A stretch of 64,000 nt of DNA from positions 4,960,001 through 5,024,000 of the forward strand of contig OZ242005.1 in assembly GCA_965204725.1 (NCBI GenBank), written 5' to 3'. Shown piece by piece: positions 23,549-33,947 of the stretch. Source of the DNA: Candidatus Latescibacterota bacterium. Its GTDB lineage: Bacteria > Latescibacterota > UBA2968 > UBA8231. Positions within the stretch are counted from its first letter, which is position 1. Each line of letters opens with the position of its first letter. The notes beneath the pieces were generated by a model. The model was not told the DNA's origin. It was given only the letters and a program-made list of their open reading frames with translations, and searched no databases. Both the position numbers and the translations under genes were made by a program.

Positions 23549-24928
23549 ATGGCAACTGTGCAATGCGACATCGCGGTCATCGGCGGGGGCTCGGCCGGGT
23601 ACGCTGCGGCGCGCACGGCCCATGCGGCCGGCGCGCAGGTCGCGGTTATCGACCAAGGTCCTTGGGGGGGGCTGTGCATTCTGCGCGGCTGTATGCCGAG
23701 CAAGGCGGTCCTGCGCTCGGCCGAAATAGCCTCGTACCTAAGACGCGCCCCCGAGTTCGGCTTAGCACCGGTGCAAGTCCGCGTTGATTTAGCGGCCATC
23801 GTTGAGCGCAAGGCGCGGCTGGTCGCCGACTTTGCCGCCTATCGCCGCGAGCAACTCAGCGACGGCCGCTTCGCGCTCTACCAAGCGCGTGCCCGCTTCC
23901 TCTCGCCCCAGACGCTCCAAGCCGGTGACGACATCATTGAAGCCAGGCATTTTATTATTGCCACCGGCTCTACGCCCCACCGCGTCCCGGTCCCGGGGCT
24001 GGCCCACGTGGGCTACCTCACCAGCGACGAGGCCCTCGATCTGGGCCAGCAGCCCGAGAGCCTCCTCGTCCTCGGCGGCGGCCCCATTGCCGTCGAGCTG
24101 GCCCAGTTCTTTCAGCGCATTGGCACCGAGGTAACGCTCATCCAGCGCAGCGACCACATTCTCTCGGCCAGCGACGAGGACTTGGCGCGGCCAGTTGAAG
24201 CGCGCTTCCGTGCGGAGGGAATGGCGGTGTACACCGGCACTCAACTGCGCCAATTCACCGAGCAAAACGGGCGTAAGGTTGCGCATTTTTCCCAAGGCGG
24301 CGCGGAAAAAACGGCCTCTGCGGCCCTCGTCCTCCAAGCCCTCGGCCGCCGGCCGCACATCGACGGGTTGGGGCTAGAGCGAGCCGGCGTTGAGGTCGCC
24401 CGCGGGTGCATTGTCGTTGATGCGGCCATGCGCACCAGCCAGCCTCACATCTACGCGGTCGGCGACGTCAACGGCGAGCACGAGGTCGTTCACATCGCCA
24501 TTGAGCAAGGCGAGATCGCCGCGTACAATGCCACGCACCCAGACCGCCCCGAGCACCGCTTCGACGACCGCCTCAACGCGCTGGTCGTGTTTACCGATCC
24601 ACAGGTGGCCAGCGTCGGCCTCAGCGAGCGGGATTGCCGCGCTGCGGGCCGGCCCTATTTGGTCGCCCGCTATCCTTTTGACGACCACGGCAAGTCCCTG
24701 ACGATGGGCGAGACCTGTGGTCACGCAAAAATTCTCTGCGACCCGCGCTCGGGCGAAGTGCTCGGCGGTCACATTGTCGGCCCGGAGGCCGGCGAGCTGA
24801 TCCACGAGTTGATCGCGGTGATGTACTTTCGCGGTACGGTGCAGGATTTGGCTAAAATCCCCCATTACCACCCGACCTTGGCGGAGATTCTCACCTATCC
24901 GGCGGAAGAATTGGCAGAGCAGTTGTAG
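23549..24928 (+). CDS. Dihydrolipoamide dehydrogenase-like flavin disulfide oxidoreductase
   Basis: IGGGSAG, GGLCILRGCMPSK redox disulfide, ATGS, YAVGD, HPTLAE. Confidence 0.9.
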   Translation: MATVQCDIAVIGGGSAGYAAARTAHAAGAQVAVIDQGPWGGLCILRGCMPSKAVLRSAEIASYLRRAPEFGLAPVQVRVDLAAIVERKARLVADFAAYRREQLSDGRFALYQARARFLSPQTLQAGDDIIEARHFIIATGSTPHRVPVPGLAHVGYLTSDEALDLGQQPESLLVLGGGPIAVELAQFFQRIGTEVTLIQRSDHILSASDEDLARPVEARFRAEGMAVYTGTQLRQFTEQNGRKVAHFSQGGAEKTASAALVLQALGRRPHIDGLGLERAGVEVARGCIVVDAAMRTSQPHIYAVGDVNGEHEVVHIAIEQGEIAAYNATHPDRPEHRFDDRLNALVVFTDPQVASVGLSERDCRAAGRPYLVARYPFDDHGKSLTMGETCGHAKILCDPRSGEVLGGHIVGPEAGELIHELIAVMYFRGTVQDLAKIPHYHPTLAEILTYPAEELAEQL

Positions 24929-24981
24929 CTAGGGCTCCCACGATGGACGGCCCTACATTAGACCCGAACTTAGGAGATTTC

Positions 24982-26532
24982 ATGTCCACATCGCACGATG
25001 TCGTCATTGCCGGGGCTGGAGCAGCGGGTGCGGTTCTCGCGGCGCGGCTCAGCGAGGATCGGAGTCGGTCGGTCTTGCTGCTGGAGGCCGGGCCGGATTT
25101 CGCTACGGTTGCAGACTTGCCCGAGGAGATTCGCTACGCTTATGGGCGCGATCGCAATCTCTGGGATCGCGCCTTTGGCTTGGGCACCCAATTTGGCTGG
25201 GGCTACCGCGCCCGGGCCACGGACCTGCACCCCGACTTCTTTGTGCCCCGCGGCAAAATCGTCGGCGGGTCGAGTGCGGTCAACGCGCAGATTTTTCTGC
25301 GCGGAGTGCCCGAAGACTACGACTCGTGGGCCGCGGCGGGCAACGACCTGTGGAGCCACGACGCCCTGTTGCCCTTTTTGTGCCGCCTCGAAGCCGACCC
25401 CGACTACGGCGACGCCCCGTACCACGGGGCCGACGGCCCCATTCGCGCTCGGCGGTTCAAAGATCACGAGCTCAACCCCGAGCACCGCGCCTTCTACGAG
25501 GCCGCGCTCGCCGCTGGCTACCCGGACTGCCCCGATCACAACGACCCTGCTTCCACCGGCGTCGGCCCCTTGCCCCTCAACAATGCCGAGGGCATCCGCT
25601 GGAGTTCTAACATCGGCTACCTCAACCCGGCTCGCGGTCGCCCCAATCTCACCATTCAAGCCAACACCCAAGTCCAGCGCGTGCTCTTTACCGGCCCGTG
25701 CGCTACCGGCCTACTCGTCGAGCGCGACGGTGCCCTCTCCGCGGTCCACGGCCGAGAAATCGTACTGTGCGGTGGGGCCATTGGCTCGCCGCACCTGCTC
25801 TTGCTGTCGGGCGTCGGGCCAGCCGCGCACTTGGAGGCCATGGGCGTTGACGTGGTGTGCGACCTCCCCGGCGTCGGGCAGAATCTGCGCGACCATCCGC
25901 AAGTAAGCGCGACCTTGCGGGCCAAGGACGAGTATCTCGGCGACGGCACGGAGCCGCGGCTGCAAGTGGGCCTGCGCTATACCGCCACCAGATCGGACTG
26001 GCGCAACGACATGTTCATTATCCCGAACTCCTTTGCCACGACCGAGGGCGACTCCAAACCCTTGGGCTTTTACTTGGTCGGCTGCATCTACTTGGCTGAG
26101 GGACAGGGCGAACTCAAACTGGCTTCCACCGACCCGCACGTGCAGCCCATGCTCGATTACAACTACTTGGCCGCGGCTTCAGACCGCGCCCGCCTGCGCG
26201 AATCCATTCACATCATCCTTGACCTGCTCAAGCACGACGCGCTCAACGCGCTCGTCGCCGAGCGCATCGGCCCAACCGACGCCGAACTCGAAACCGACGA
26301 TGCCCTTGACGAGTGGATGCGGCGCGAAGTGACTACCAGCCACCACGTCTCCTCGACTTGCAAGATGGGACCGGCGAGCGACTCCATGGCCGTCGTCAAT
26401 CAGTACGGCGAGGTTCACGGCCTCAAAAACCTGCGCGTGGCCGACGCGGCTATTATGCCCGACTGCGTACGCGCCAACACCAACATTACTTCCATGGCCA
26501 TCGGCGAGCGCATCGCCGATCTCATGCGCTGA
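24982..26532 (+). CDS. GMC oxidoreductase (choline dehydrogenase-like)
   Basis: GAGAAG, LLEAG, RGKIVGGSSAVNA, GVGQNLRDH, HHVSSTCKMG, ANTN. Confidence 0.92.
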   Translation: MSTSHDVVIAGAGAAGAVLAARLSEDRSRSVLLLEAGPDFATVADLPEEIRYAYGRDRNLWDRAFGLGTQFGWGYRARATDLHPDFFVPRGKIVGGSSAVNAQIFLRGVPEDYDSWAAAGNDLWSHDALLPFLCRLEADPDYGDAPYHGADGPIRARRFKDHELNPEHRAFYEAALAAGYPDCPDHNDPASTGVGPLPLNNAEGIRWSSNIGYLNPARGRPNLTIQANTQVQRVLFTGPCATGLLVERDGALSAVHGREIVLCGGAIGSPHLLLLSGVGPAAHLEAMGVDVVCDLPGVGQNLRDHPQVSATLRAKDEYLGDGTEPRLQVGLRYTATRSDWRNDMFIIPNSFATTEGDSKPLGFYLVGCIYLAEGQGELKLASTDPHVQPMLDYNYLAAASDRARLRESIHIILDLLKHDALNALVAERIGPTDAELETDDALDEWMRREVTTSHHVSSTCKMGPASDSMAVVNQYGEVHGLKNLRVADAAIMPDCVRANTNITSMAIGERIADLMR

Positions 26533-26563
26533 AAGCAAACGAAAACGGATACGGAGAGATACC

Positions 26564-27391
26564 ATGAAAATCAGCTTTACGACGTTGGGCTGTCCAGATT
26601 GGGACTTGGACACGATTTGCCGCCGAGGCCGCGAATACGGCTACGATGGCGTCGATTTCCGCGGGTTGCAGGAGACGATGGACATTACCCGATTGCCGGC
26701 GTTCACCAGCGGAGCGGCCCAGACCCGACGCCAGCTAGCAGACGCTGGCATGGAGGTCTCGGGGATTAGCTCCAGCATCCGGGTCTGTGTGCCGGAGAAG
26801 CTAAAGGAGAACGTAGAGGAAGCGCGGCGCTCGATCCCAGTGGCCAAGGCGTTGGGCTGTGGAGCGATCCGGGTTTTTGGCGGCGGTGACTCCCAGACTT
26901 ATGCCAAGGAGGAGCTGGCCGACATCGGGCGGGCGACGATGGAACAGATCCTAGCATTGGATGGGGCCTGCGAACTCAAGTGGCTTTTTGAAACCCACGA
27001 TGAGTGGATCAAGGCGGTGGAGTGCAAGCTGCTGCTCGACCGCATTCCCAACGCGGCTTTCGGCGTACTCTGGGACATGGGCCACACGGCACGTGTCGGG
27101 GAGGAGTCGCCGGAGCAGACCTATCAGGCGGTGGGGCCGCGCATAAGCTATACCCACGTCAAGGACGCGGTCTATGATCCCGAGCACACCGCGGCGATGA
27201 GGGACGGTTGGCACTATGTGCCGCCGGGCGCGGGCCAGTTGCCCTTAGCCGAGGCCATAGCCCTGCTCAAGGGGCACGGGTACGATGGCTGGATCATGTT
27301 TGAGCACGAGAAGCGCTGGCATCCCGAACTAGAGGCTCCCGAGGACATATTCCCGATTTTTTCGGCTTGGGCGAGGCCGTTGCTCGGTTAG
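26564..27391 (+). CDS. Sugar phosphate isomerase/epimerase (AP endonuclease 2 TIM barrel)
   Basis: FTTLGCPDW, ETHD, WDMGH, HVKD, FEHEKRWHP. Confidence 0.88.
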   Translation: MKISFTTLGCPDWDLDTICRRGREYGYDGVDFRGLQETMDITRLPAFTSGAAQTRRQLADAGMEVSGISSSIRVCVPEKLKENVEEARRSIPVAKALGCGAIRVFGGGDSQTYAKEELADIGRATMEQILALDGACELKWLFETHDEWIKAVECKLLLDRIPNAAFGVLWDMGHTARVGEESPEQTYQAVGPRISYTHVKDAVYDPEHTAAMRDGWHYVPPGAGQLPLAEAIALLKGHGYDGWIMFEHEKRWHPELEAPEDIFPIFSAWARPLLG

Positions 27392-27394
27392 CTG

Positions 27395-28708
27395 ATGATG
27401 CAGCTACACTATCCCAAGGTCGCCCTGCACGTCCCGTCCCTGCTCTTGCCGCGAGCCGATATTCCCCTCGAAACGTGGTCGGTCATTGCCTGCGATCAGT
27501 ACACCTCCCAGCCCGAATACTGGGAGAAGGTGCAGGGGATTGTCGGAGCCAATCCTTCGACGCTCCAGCTAATTTTTCCCGAAGCCGACCTCAAGTCGGT
27601 TTGCCGCGCACAGACCATCGCCGGCATTAACCAGCGGATGCAGGAGTATCTCAGCAGTGGCGTACTGGTAGAGCAGCCGCCCGGTTTCATGCTGGTGGAG
27701 CGGGAGGTGGGACGTGCGGTGCCGCGCAAGGGACTGGTCGTCGCCTTGGACTTGGAGCAGTACGACTACCGCGACGGAGCACAAAAGCTGATTCGCCCGA
27801 CCGAGGGCACGGACCAGAGCCGACTGCCTCCGAGAATCCAAGTGCGGGAGAAGGCGTTGCTGGAAACGCCGCACATCCTCGTGCTGATTGACGACCCGCA
27901 GCAGACGGTGATTGAGCCGCTGGGCGAAGAAGATCTGAAGCCGGCCTACGATGTCGAGCTGATGCTAGGCGGCGGTCGCCTTAGAGGCTGGCGTATTGAC
28001 GATGGGACGCTAATTGACCAGATCGCCGGGCGCATCGACCGCCTCGCGTGTGGTACGCCGCCGCTGATCTACGCGCTGGGCGACGGCAACCACTCCTTCG
28101 CCACCGCGTACGCTGTCTGGGAGCGTCTCAAGGCGGAGGCCGGGGACGAGGATCGGATAATGAATCACCCGGCGCGCTACGCTTTGGTCGAACTGGTCAA
28201 TATCCACGACGAGGGGCTGGAGTTCGCGCCGATCCATCGGATGGTTTTCGGGGTAGATGCGGCCGATCTTTTGCGGTCCATGGAGACCTACTGCACACAG
28301 TGGGGATTTAGCCATCGGACCTTTGCCAATCGGGACGAGTGGGAGGCGGCCTGTCGCGCAGCGGCCCTCGGCCCGGGACACCACATTCCCTATATAAGCA
28401 GGACCGAGCGCGGCCTGTTGGGCATTGCCAACGCTAGCTTCCAACTCGAAGTAGCGTCCCTACAGGTCTTTTTGGACCGCTATCTCGAGGCGCATCCCCG
28501 CGCTCGCCTCGACTACATCCACGGCGAGGATGCGCTAGAGAAGTTGGCTGTGGGGCCGGACCGCATCGGCTTCTTGCTGCCGGCCATGGACAAGCGCGAC
28601 TTGTTCGAGACGATCGTCGCCGACGGGGCCACGCCGCGCAAGACATTTTCGCTGGGCGAGGCCGCAGAGAAGCGCTACTACTTGGAGTGTCGGCGGCTAG
28701 GGTGGTGA
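27395..28708 (+). CDS. DUF1015 family protein
   Basis: WSVIACDQYTSQPEYW, RPTEGT, GDGNHS, PIHR, PRKTFS. Confidence 0.88.
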   Translation: MMQLHYPKVALHVPSLLLPRADIPLETWSVIACDQYTSQPEYWEKVQGIVGANPSTLQLIFPEADLKSVCRAQTIAGINQRMQEYLSSGVLVEQPPGFMLVEREVGRAVPRKGLVVALDLEQYDYRDGAQKLIRPTEGTDQSRLPPRIQVREKALLETPHILVLIDDPQQTVIEPLGEEDLKPAYDVELMLGGGRLRGWRIDDGTLIDQIAGRIDRLACGTPPLIYALGDGNHSFATAYAVWERLKAEAGDEDRIMNHPARYALVELVNIHDEGLEFAPIHRMVFGVDAADLLRSMETYCTQWGFSHRTFANRDEWEAACRAAALGPGHHIPYISRTERGLLGIANASFQLEVASLQVFLDRYLEAHPRARLDYIHGEDALEKLAVGPDRIGFLLPAMDKRDLFETIVADGATPRKTFSLGEAAEKRYYLECRRLGW

Positions 28709-28718
28709 GCGTTTGGGC

Positions 28719-29594
28719 CTATTCTGAGTAGTCGTATTTCCGGTTGCGGCTGATGTAGTCGATCGGTCCATCGACAAATTCCGCCACCGTCTCCAACGCA
28801 CTACCTGCAAACAGGTCTTCTGTCCCTTTGGGAAACAAGAGCGACTTCCTCGTGTGCCACCAGCGCACCCAGTGGATCATGGCGATCATTGGGCGGGGCT
28901 GGTCCGTGAGGTTGGGCATGCCGCGATGCCAGAGACGCATGTCGCGGATTAGCACACTGCCGACGGGTACGCTCGGCTGTAGAGGCTTGCACTCGGCGCG
29001 GCGGCGTTCTTCGATTGCGGGCGGCAGCTTGATGTCGCCGTCGTCAAGGACACGGGTGGGGTCGTTGATGGCGCGGGTGGTGTCTAGGTGAGTGCCGGGC
29101 CACAGTTCGGTGCTGCCGTTTGCCGGCGTGGCATCGACGACCGGCACATTGACGACAATGCCATAGGCCGGCGTCGCCACTTTGAGGTTGGGCCAAAGCT
29201 GACCCGCGTCAACGTGGAGGGGCTGCGGGGTGGTATTGGGCAAGCAGGTGTTGCCGCTGTAGAAGGCGTTTTTGACGCCCGCGCCGAGTACGGCCTGCGT
29301 TACTTCGACGACGAGGTCGTTGACTAGCACGTCGCGGAAGAGGTACGGCGGAAAGGGCGGCGGATCCTGCTGTAGGTGGCCGTTGTTGAACTGATAGGGG
29401 ACGTCGGAGAGGGCGAGGATCTGTTCGACATCGGCGAGCATGCGCTCGCGCAACATTTCGATATGTGCGGGATCAATGGCGCGGTGCAGGACGACGAAGC
29501 CATCGTCGTGCAGGGCGGCAACGGCCTGTTGCAGGTGCTCCGGTTTTAGCCGGCGGGTGCCGTGTTCGGCCGCGCTCAGTTCCAACTCAACCAT
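28719..29594 (-). CDS. PhyH-family 2OG-Fe(II) dioxygenase
   Basis: DGFVVL, LHVD, NGSTELWPGTH, RLWHRG. Confidence 0.9.
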   Translation of the reverse strand: MVELELSAAEHGTRRLKPEHLQQAVAALHDDGFVVLHRAIDPAHIEMLRERMLADVEQILALSDVPYQFNNGHLQQDPPPFPPYLFRDVLVNDLVVEVTQAVLGAGVKNAFYSGNTCLPNTTPQPLHVDAGQLWPNLKVATPAYGIVVNVPVVDATPANGSTELWPGTHLDTTRAINDPTRVLDDGDIKLPPAIEERRRAECKPLQPSVPVGSVLIRDMRLWHRGMPNLTDQPRPMIAMIHWVRWWHTRKSLLFPKGTEDLFAGSALETVAEFVDGPIDYISRNRKYDYSE

Positions 29595-29599
29595 GGCGT

Positions 29600-30589
29600 T
29601 CAGGCGCAGGTTGGGTCTTCAAGCGGCCAGCGATTGAAGGAAGGCAAGTTTTGGCCCGTCAGTTTTTCGCGGGCGTCGTACCACGATTGCGCCCAAGCCG
29701 CTGGGTCGCGCAGTTCGCTTGCGGGGTCTTTGCGGCTGCGGGCGACAAACCCGGGAAAGAGCGGCCGGCCGCTGGGCTGGCCGGTGGGATTGTAGCGGAG
29801 GTCAAAGCTGATTCGCACCTGCTCGCTGACGTTGGGCAACGACGAATGGCAAGTCCGCCGGTGCATGAAGAGCACATCGCCGCGCTTTAACTCGGCGGTG
29901 ACGATGCGGTTGAGAGCGAGGTCTTGGTCGCGGATAAAGTGGCCGACGCCCTTGAGTGAGCAGTGGTGCAACAGCCCGTCGCGGTGGCTGCCGGCGACGA
30001 CTTCGATACAGCCGTGCTCGCGCAAGGCGTTGGTCAGCGGCACCCACACGGTGAGCATGTCGGTCTCGTCGGCCTCGGGCAGAACCACGCCGTTGTCTTG
30101 ATGCCAAGGCGTGGCACCAACGGCAAAGCCCGCGATGCGGCCGTGGTGGTCCTTGGGGATGCCGGGCAAGTACTGCTCGGGCGGTTTGATGCGGATGTGC
30201 TGGACGGGGTTGGAGTAGATTTCCGGGCCGATGAGGTTTTCGATGATGTCGAGGAGCTTTTCGTTGCGCAGCATCGCAAAGGTGGCGGGGCCAACCGCGA
30301 TGGGCGAATCCGCGCAGATGCCGCCTTGAGGCAGCGAGATGTCGAAGTGCTGGGCGTAAATTTGGCCGGTTTCGTTGTATATCTGGCAGAGGCGCTCGTC
30401 AAAGCCGAGGTCGGCGTAGGTGGAGGTCAGTTGACCTGCGGCGAAAAGCTCGTTGGCGAGGCGGTCAAGGACTTCGTCGTATTCGGCCAAGACGGGGTCG
30501 ATGTCGGCGGCGGGGTCGAGGAGGTCTTCGACGAGAACGAAGCCGCGCTCGCGGTAGTGGTCGAGTTGGGACGGAGTTAATTGGGACAT
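29600..30589 (-). CDS. PhyH-family 2OG-Fe(II) dioxygenase
   Basis: RGFVLV, PWHQD, TVWVPL, GSH, GDVLFMH…HSS, RISFDLRY. Confidence 0.9.
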   Translation of the reverse strand: MSQLTPSQLDHYRERGFVLVEDLLDPAADIDPVLAEYDEVLDRLANELFAAGQLTSTYADLGFDERLCQIYNETGQIYAQHFDISLPQGGICADSPIAVGPATFAMLRNEKLLDIIENLIGPEIYSNPVQHIRIKPPEQYLPGIPKDHHGRIAGFAVGATPWHQDNGVVLPEADETDMLTVWVPLTNALREHGCIEVVAGSHRDGLLHHCSLKGVGHFIRDQDLALNRIVTAELKRGDVLFMHRRTCHSSLPNVSEQVRISFDLRYNPTGQPSGRPLFPGFVARSRKDPASELRDPAAWAQSWYDAREKLTGQNLPSFNRWPLEDPTCA

Positions 30590-30721
30590 GGCCGGCCTCT
30601 CCTACTGACCGTTTCTCCTTGATAGATTGCTCTATTATTGGTCTATTAGGGACAGTCGAAAGTACAACAAAAACATCTTGAGAGTCAAGAAACGATCCTT
30701 CACTCTAGATTGGAGTCGAGC

Positions 30722-31954
30722 ATGAAACTCAACCGCGACGAATTTCTGGAAACGGGCTACCTCATCGTCAAGGAAGCCGTGCCCCGCGACAAACTCGAAC
30801 GCGTCCGGCAGGCGTACGAGACGCTCGTCAACCGCCAACGCGAAAATTGGCAGGCCGAGCGCACGGAAAGTGATCCACCCGGGGGCGTCTGGGAGACCGC
30901 GCCGCAGCCTCGCCTGCAACTTTCAAGGCCGCCACTCGTCCATCAGATTGACCCAGAGACCGCGCCAGCGGTGGAGGTCTGGCTCGAGGAGAACATCCAC
31001 GGCGTCAGCACCGAGCTCCTCAAGATAGCGGACGGAGCCGTCACCGAAATGATGATGATGTGCAATCCCGTCCGCGATCACGGCCCGGCAAAATGGCACC
31101 GCGATCTCCACCCCATCGACACGGCGCCGCTCCAAGGCTATATCGACGACATCCTCGAAGGCGGCCCGCGGTACGTCCAATGGAACATCCCGCTCTACGA
31201 AGATAGCGTCCTGTGGGTGATACCGGGCAGCCATCTGCGGCTGAACACGCCCGAAGAAAACGAAGCGATGTTGGCCGATCCCCGCCGCCCGTTGCCCCAT
31301 GGCGTCCAGACGCACCTCGAAGCCGGGGATGGCGTCGTCTATATCCTCCCGATTCTCCATTGGGGCAGCAACTACAGCCCCAAAATGCGGCGAACCGTTC
31401 ACGGTGGCTTCTCGACCTATACTTCAATAGACGAGCTCTCGTTTACCGACCATCTCTCCGCGGACGCCCAAGCGGCGTTCACGCGCTGGAACGACCGCAG
31501 TGAGAAGATGAAGCAGCACACGGAATCGGCTCTGCGGGCCGTTGTCGCCGGCGATGGTGCCGCATACCTGAGTGCCCTAGACGGCCTCCACCCAGAGCGG
31601 GCCGAGAAAGGCCGAATGCTGTCAACGGTCTTCCTCTGCAAGGCCGCTCTTGCGATTCGCCTGCAAAAGGCCCCTCCGCTTGGTGGAGTTGCCGAAGATC
31701 TCCAAAATCGCGTTCTCGGGAAGCACCCCATCACGCTCAACTGGGGGCCGAAATTCGCCGATCGCTTCACCCCGGATGAGGCGCGCTTGCTTTGGGATCG
31801 CTTCAGTCCGCTCGAGGCCCTGCTCCAAGCGGATGAAGAACACTTTGTGCCGGGCTTCCAAGCCACCCCCATGAAGCACTACTTCAACGAAATGCCGGCG
31901 GGCTACGGTACGGCCGACTTCATCGCTAGTTGGCAGGCCGTGAGCCGACCGTAG
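30722..31954 (+). CDS. PhyH-family dioxygenase with C-terminal extension
   Basis: GYLIV, WHRD, IPGSH, AGDG…LHWG. Confidence 0.85.
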   Translation: MKLNRDEFLETGYLIVKEAVPRDKLERVRQAYETLVNRQRENWQAERTESDPPGGVWETAPQPRLQLSRPPLVHQIDPETAPAVEVWLEENIHGVSTELLKIADGAVTEMMMMCNPVRDHGPAKWHRDLHPIDTAPLQGYIDDILEGGPRYVQWNIPLYEDSVLWVIPGSHLRLNTPEENEAMLADPRRPLPHGVQTHLEAGDGVVYILPILHWGSNYSPKMRRTVHGGFSTYTSIDELSFTDHLSADAQAAFTRWNDRSEKMKQHTESALRAVVAGDGAAYLSALDGLHPERAEKGRMLSTVFLCKAALAIRLQKAPPLGGVAEDLQNRVLGKHPITLNWGPKFADRFTPDEARLLWDRFSPLEALLQADEEHFVPGFQATPMKHYFNEMPAGYGTADFIASWQAVSRP

Positions 31955-31994
31955 TTTCGCCGACAACAGCTATATCAACTATGGAGAGACGAAA

Positions 31995-33014
31995 ATGAGC
32001 CGACTCAGCATCGGCGTTGCCGGGCTTGGCCACGGCAGAACCTTGCTCGGTGCCAACCAGCCAGAAAACAGCACTTTGCCGATCCGCGTCACCGCCCTGT
32101 GCGACACGCGGCCGGACCAGCTCGAAACACTGGGCCGCGAATTTGGCATCACCGCCCTGACCTCTGATTTTGACGAACTAGTTGCGCGCTGCGACCTCGA
32201 CATCATCGGCATCTACACGCCCGGGCCCCTCCACGCCGAGCAAATCCTGACCGCGCTCGACGCGGGCAAGCACGTGATGGTCACCAAGTCGATGGTGTAC
32301 ACGATGGAAGAGGTTGAACAGGTTGTGAAAGCCGTTGACAGAGCCGGCAAAGTGCTGCTCGTCACGCAGAGTCTGCGCGGCCGGTATGATTTCATCGAAG
32401 CGAAGCGCGCCTGCGATGCTGGAGAAATCGGCGAACTCTTCATGGCCGAGGCCCACTACATCCACGACCTCCGGCCGGTTTATGACTATTCGCCTTGGCG
32501 AGTCGAGATGCCGCAAGACCTGATCTTGGGCGGTGCCTGCCACCCAATTGACCTTCTGCGCTGGTTCATGGGTGACATTGACGAGGTCCACTGTTACGGG
32601 CTACGCAGCGGCGTCGCCCCGGAGTATCCTCAAGAGGACAACTTCGTCATCAACGTGAAGTTTACCTCTGGGAAGATCGGGCGCATCGCGAACTTCCTCG
32701 GCGTCGTACACCCGCCTGACACCCCGACGAATAGCCTGACCGTTTACGGGACCCGTGGCACCATTCTCAACGGAGTAAAGAGCCTCGATCCAACCGGCGA
32801 TCTGCCTGCGCGCAAGATCGCCGCCGAATTTTCATCCATGCGGGGCCACGCTAGCGAGATGGTCGTCATGATGCAGCACATGGCCGATTGCGTCCTGAAC
32901 GGCACAAAGCCTTGGGTTGGCGTCCGCGAGGGGGCTAGGGTGGTCGCCACAGGGCTTGCGTGTTGGGCCTCCCTGCGATCGGGGAGGCCGGAGAGCGTGC
33001 GGAACGATTTCTGA
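31995..33014 (+). CDS. Gfo/Idh/MocA family oxidoreductase
   Basis: GVAGLGHG, TPGPLH, GKHVMVTK, GACHPIDL. Confidence 0.88.
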   Translation: MSRLSIGVAGLGHGRTLLGANQPENSTLPIRVTALCDTRPDQLETLGREFGITALTSDFDELVARCDLDIIGIYTPGPLHAEQILTALDAGKHVMVTKSMVYTMEEVEQVVKAVDRAGKVLLVTQSLRGRYDFIEAKRACDAGEIGELFMAEAHYIHDLRPVYDYSPWRVEMPQDLILGGACHPIDLLRWFMGDIDEVHCYGLRSGVAPEYPQEDNFVINVKFTSGKIGRIANFLGVVHPPDTPTNSLTVYGTRGTILNGVKSLDPTGDLPARKIAAEFSSMRGHASEMVVMMQHMADCVLNGTKPWVGVREGARVVATGLACWASLRSGRPESVRNDF

Positions 33015-33020
33015 TCCCGC

Positions 33021-33821
33021 CTACTCGGGGGTGAAATCGTTAGGGTTGAGGGCGTACCAGTACACCGTACCGTTGTCGATCAGCGGCTGGATTTCGCGGA
33101 CGTTGCGGACGCTGGCAATGGCGGCGTGGGCTGAATGCCCGGTGAGCCGGGTGAGTATGGCGGCGTTGCGCTGGGCACGGCTCGTATCGCGTTGGTCAGC
33201 GGTGTAGGAAGCCTCGACCGCGATATAGTGGATAGCACCCGCTGAGTCCGTGACCTCAATGACCAGATCGGCGCGAAAAAAGCTGCGCCGGTCGTTTTGG
33301 GGAATGTCGGCGGTCTCGGCCGGCTTGCGTTGGAAGATCAATTGGCCGAGGTCCAGCCTTGTCAGGAGCCCCTTAAACTGGAATCCCATGCCGTCGCTGA
33401 TCTCTAGGAAGTGTACCCCGACCACATATCGGGCTACTTTGCCGCGCAGTTCGCCAATAGAAGTCTCCATTCGCTGGTTGAACTGCCGCTGCTCCTTATT
33501 AAACTGGCGCTGCTCCTCAAGCTTCTTGTCGATGCTGTCGAAACGCCGATTCACCCGCTCATTAAACTGCCGCTGCTCCTCGTTAAACTGGTGCTGCTCC
33601 TCAAGCTTCTTGTCGATGCTGTCGAAACGCCGATTCACCCGCTCATTAAACTGCCGCTGATCGGCAATAAAGCTCTCGACGCGAGTTTCGAACTTGGCAA
33701 GCCGCTCGGGTAGCTGAATCAGATCGTCGCTGAGAACGTGGCGGCGGACCGCTTGGCGGAATTCGTCGTTTTCGTTCAGCAGGTGGATCAGATCGTCGGT
33801 TGTGTGGATGACGGTCATCAT
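33021..33821 (-). CDS. Coiled-coil repeat protein with C-terminal PD-(D/E)XK-like domain
   Basis: EQRQFN heptads; C-terminal ADLVI…YIAVEASYTADQRDTSRA. Confidence 0.7.
   Translation of the reverse strand: MMTVIHTTDDLIHLLNENDEFRQAVRRHVLSDDLIQLPERLAKFETRVESFIADQRQFNERVNRRFDSIDKKLEEQHQFNEEQRQFNERVNRRFDSIDKKLEEQRQFNKEQRQFNQRMETSIGELRGKVARYVVGVHFLEISDGMGFQFKGLLTRLDLGQLIFQRKPAETADIPQNDRRSFFRADLVIEVTDSAGAIHYIAVEASYTADQRDTSRAQRNAAILTRLTGHSAHAAIASVRNVREIQPLIDNGTVYWYALNPNDFTPE
33481..33658 (-). repeat. Intragenic tandem repeat, 84-nt period (21-nt subunits)
   Basis: AACTGCCGCTGCTCC at 33481 and 33565; QRQFNERVNRRFDSIDKKLEE occurs twice. Confidence 0.9.
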
Positions 33822-33947
33822 GGTCTCCAAGGCGTGGGCTGCTCATGCCCTCGTTGCCTACATCTTAAAATCTCGAAATCGTCTGTGCGTTTGTCAACGA
33901 AACCGGAATGCACGGCCAACGGCGGGAACCTCCAGCGCGGGCCTTAT

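Noticed and set aside
23549-24928. Mercuric reductase MerA
   Set aside because: No C-terminal Cys-Cys pair, no N-terminal HMA domain and no mer operon; has the HPTxxE motif instead
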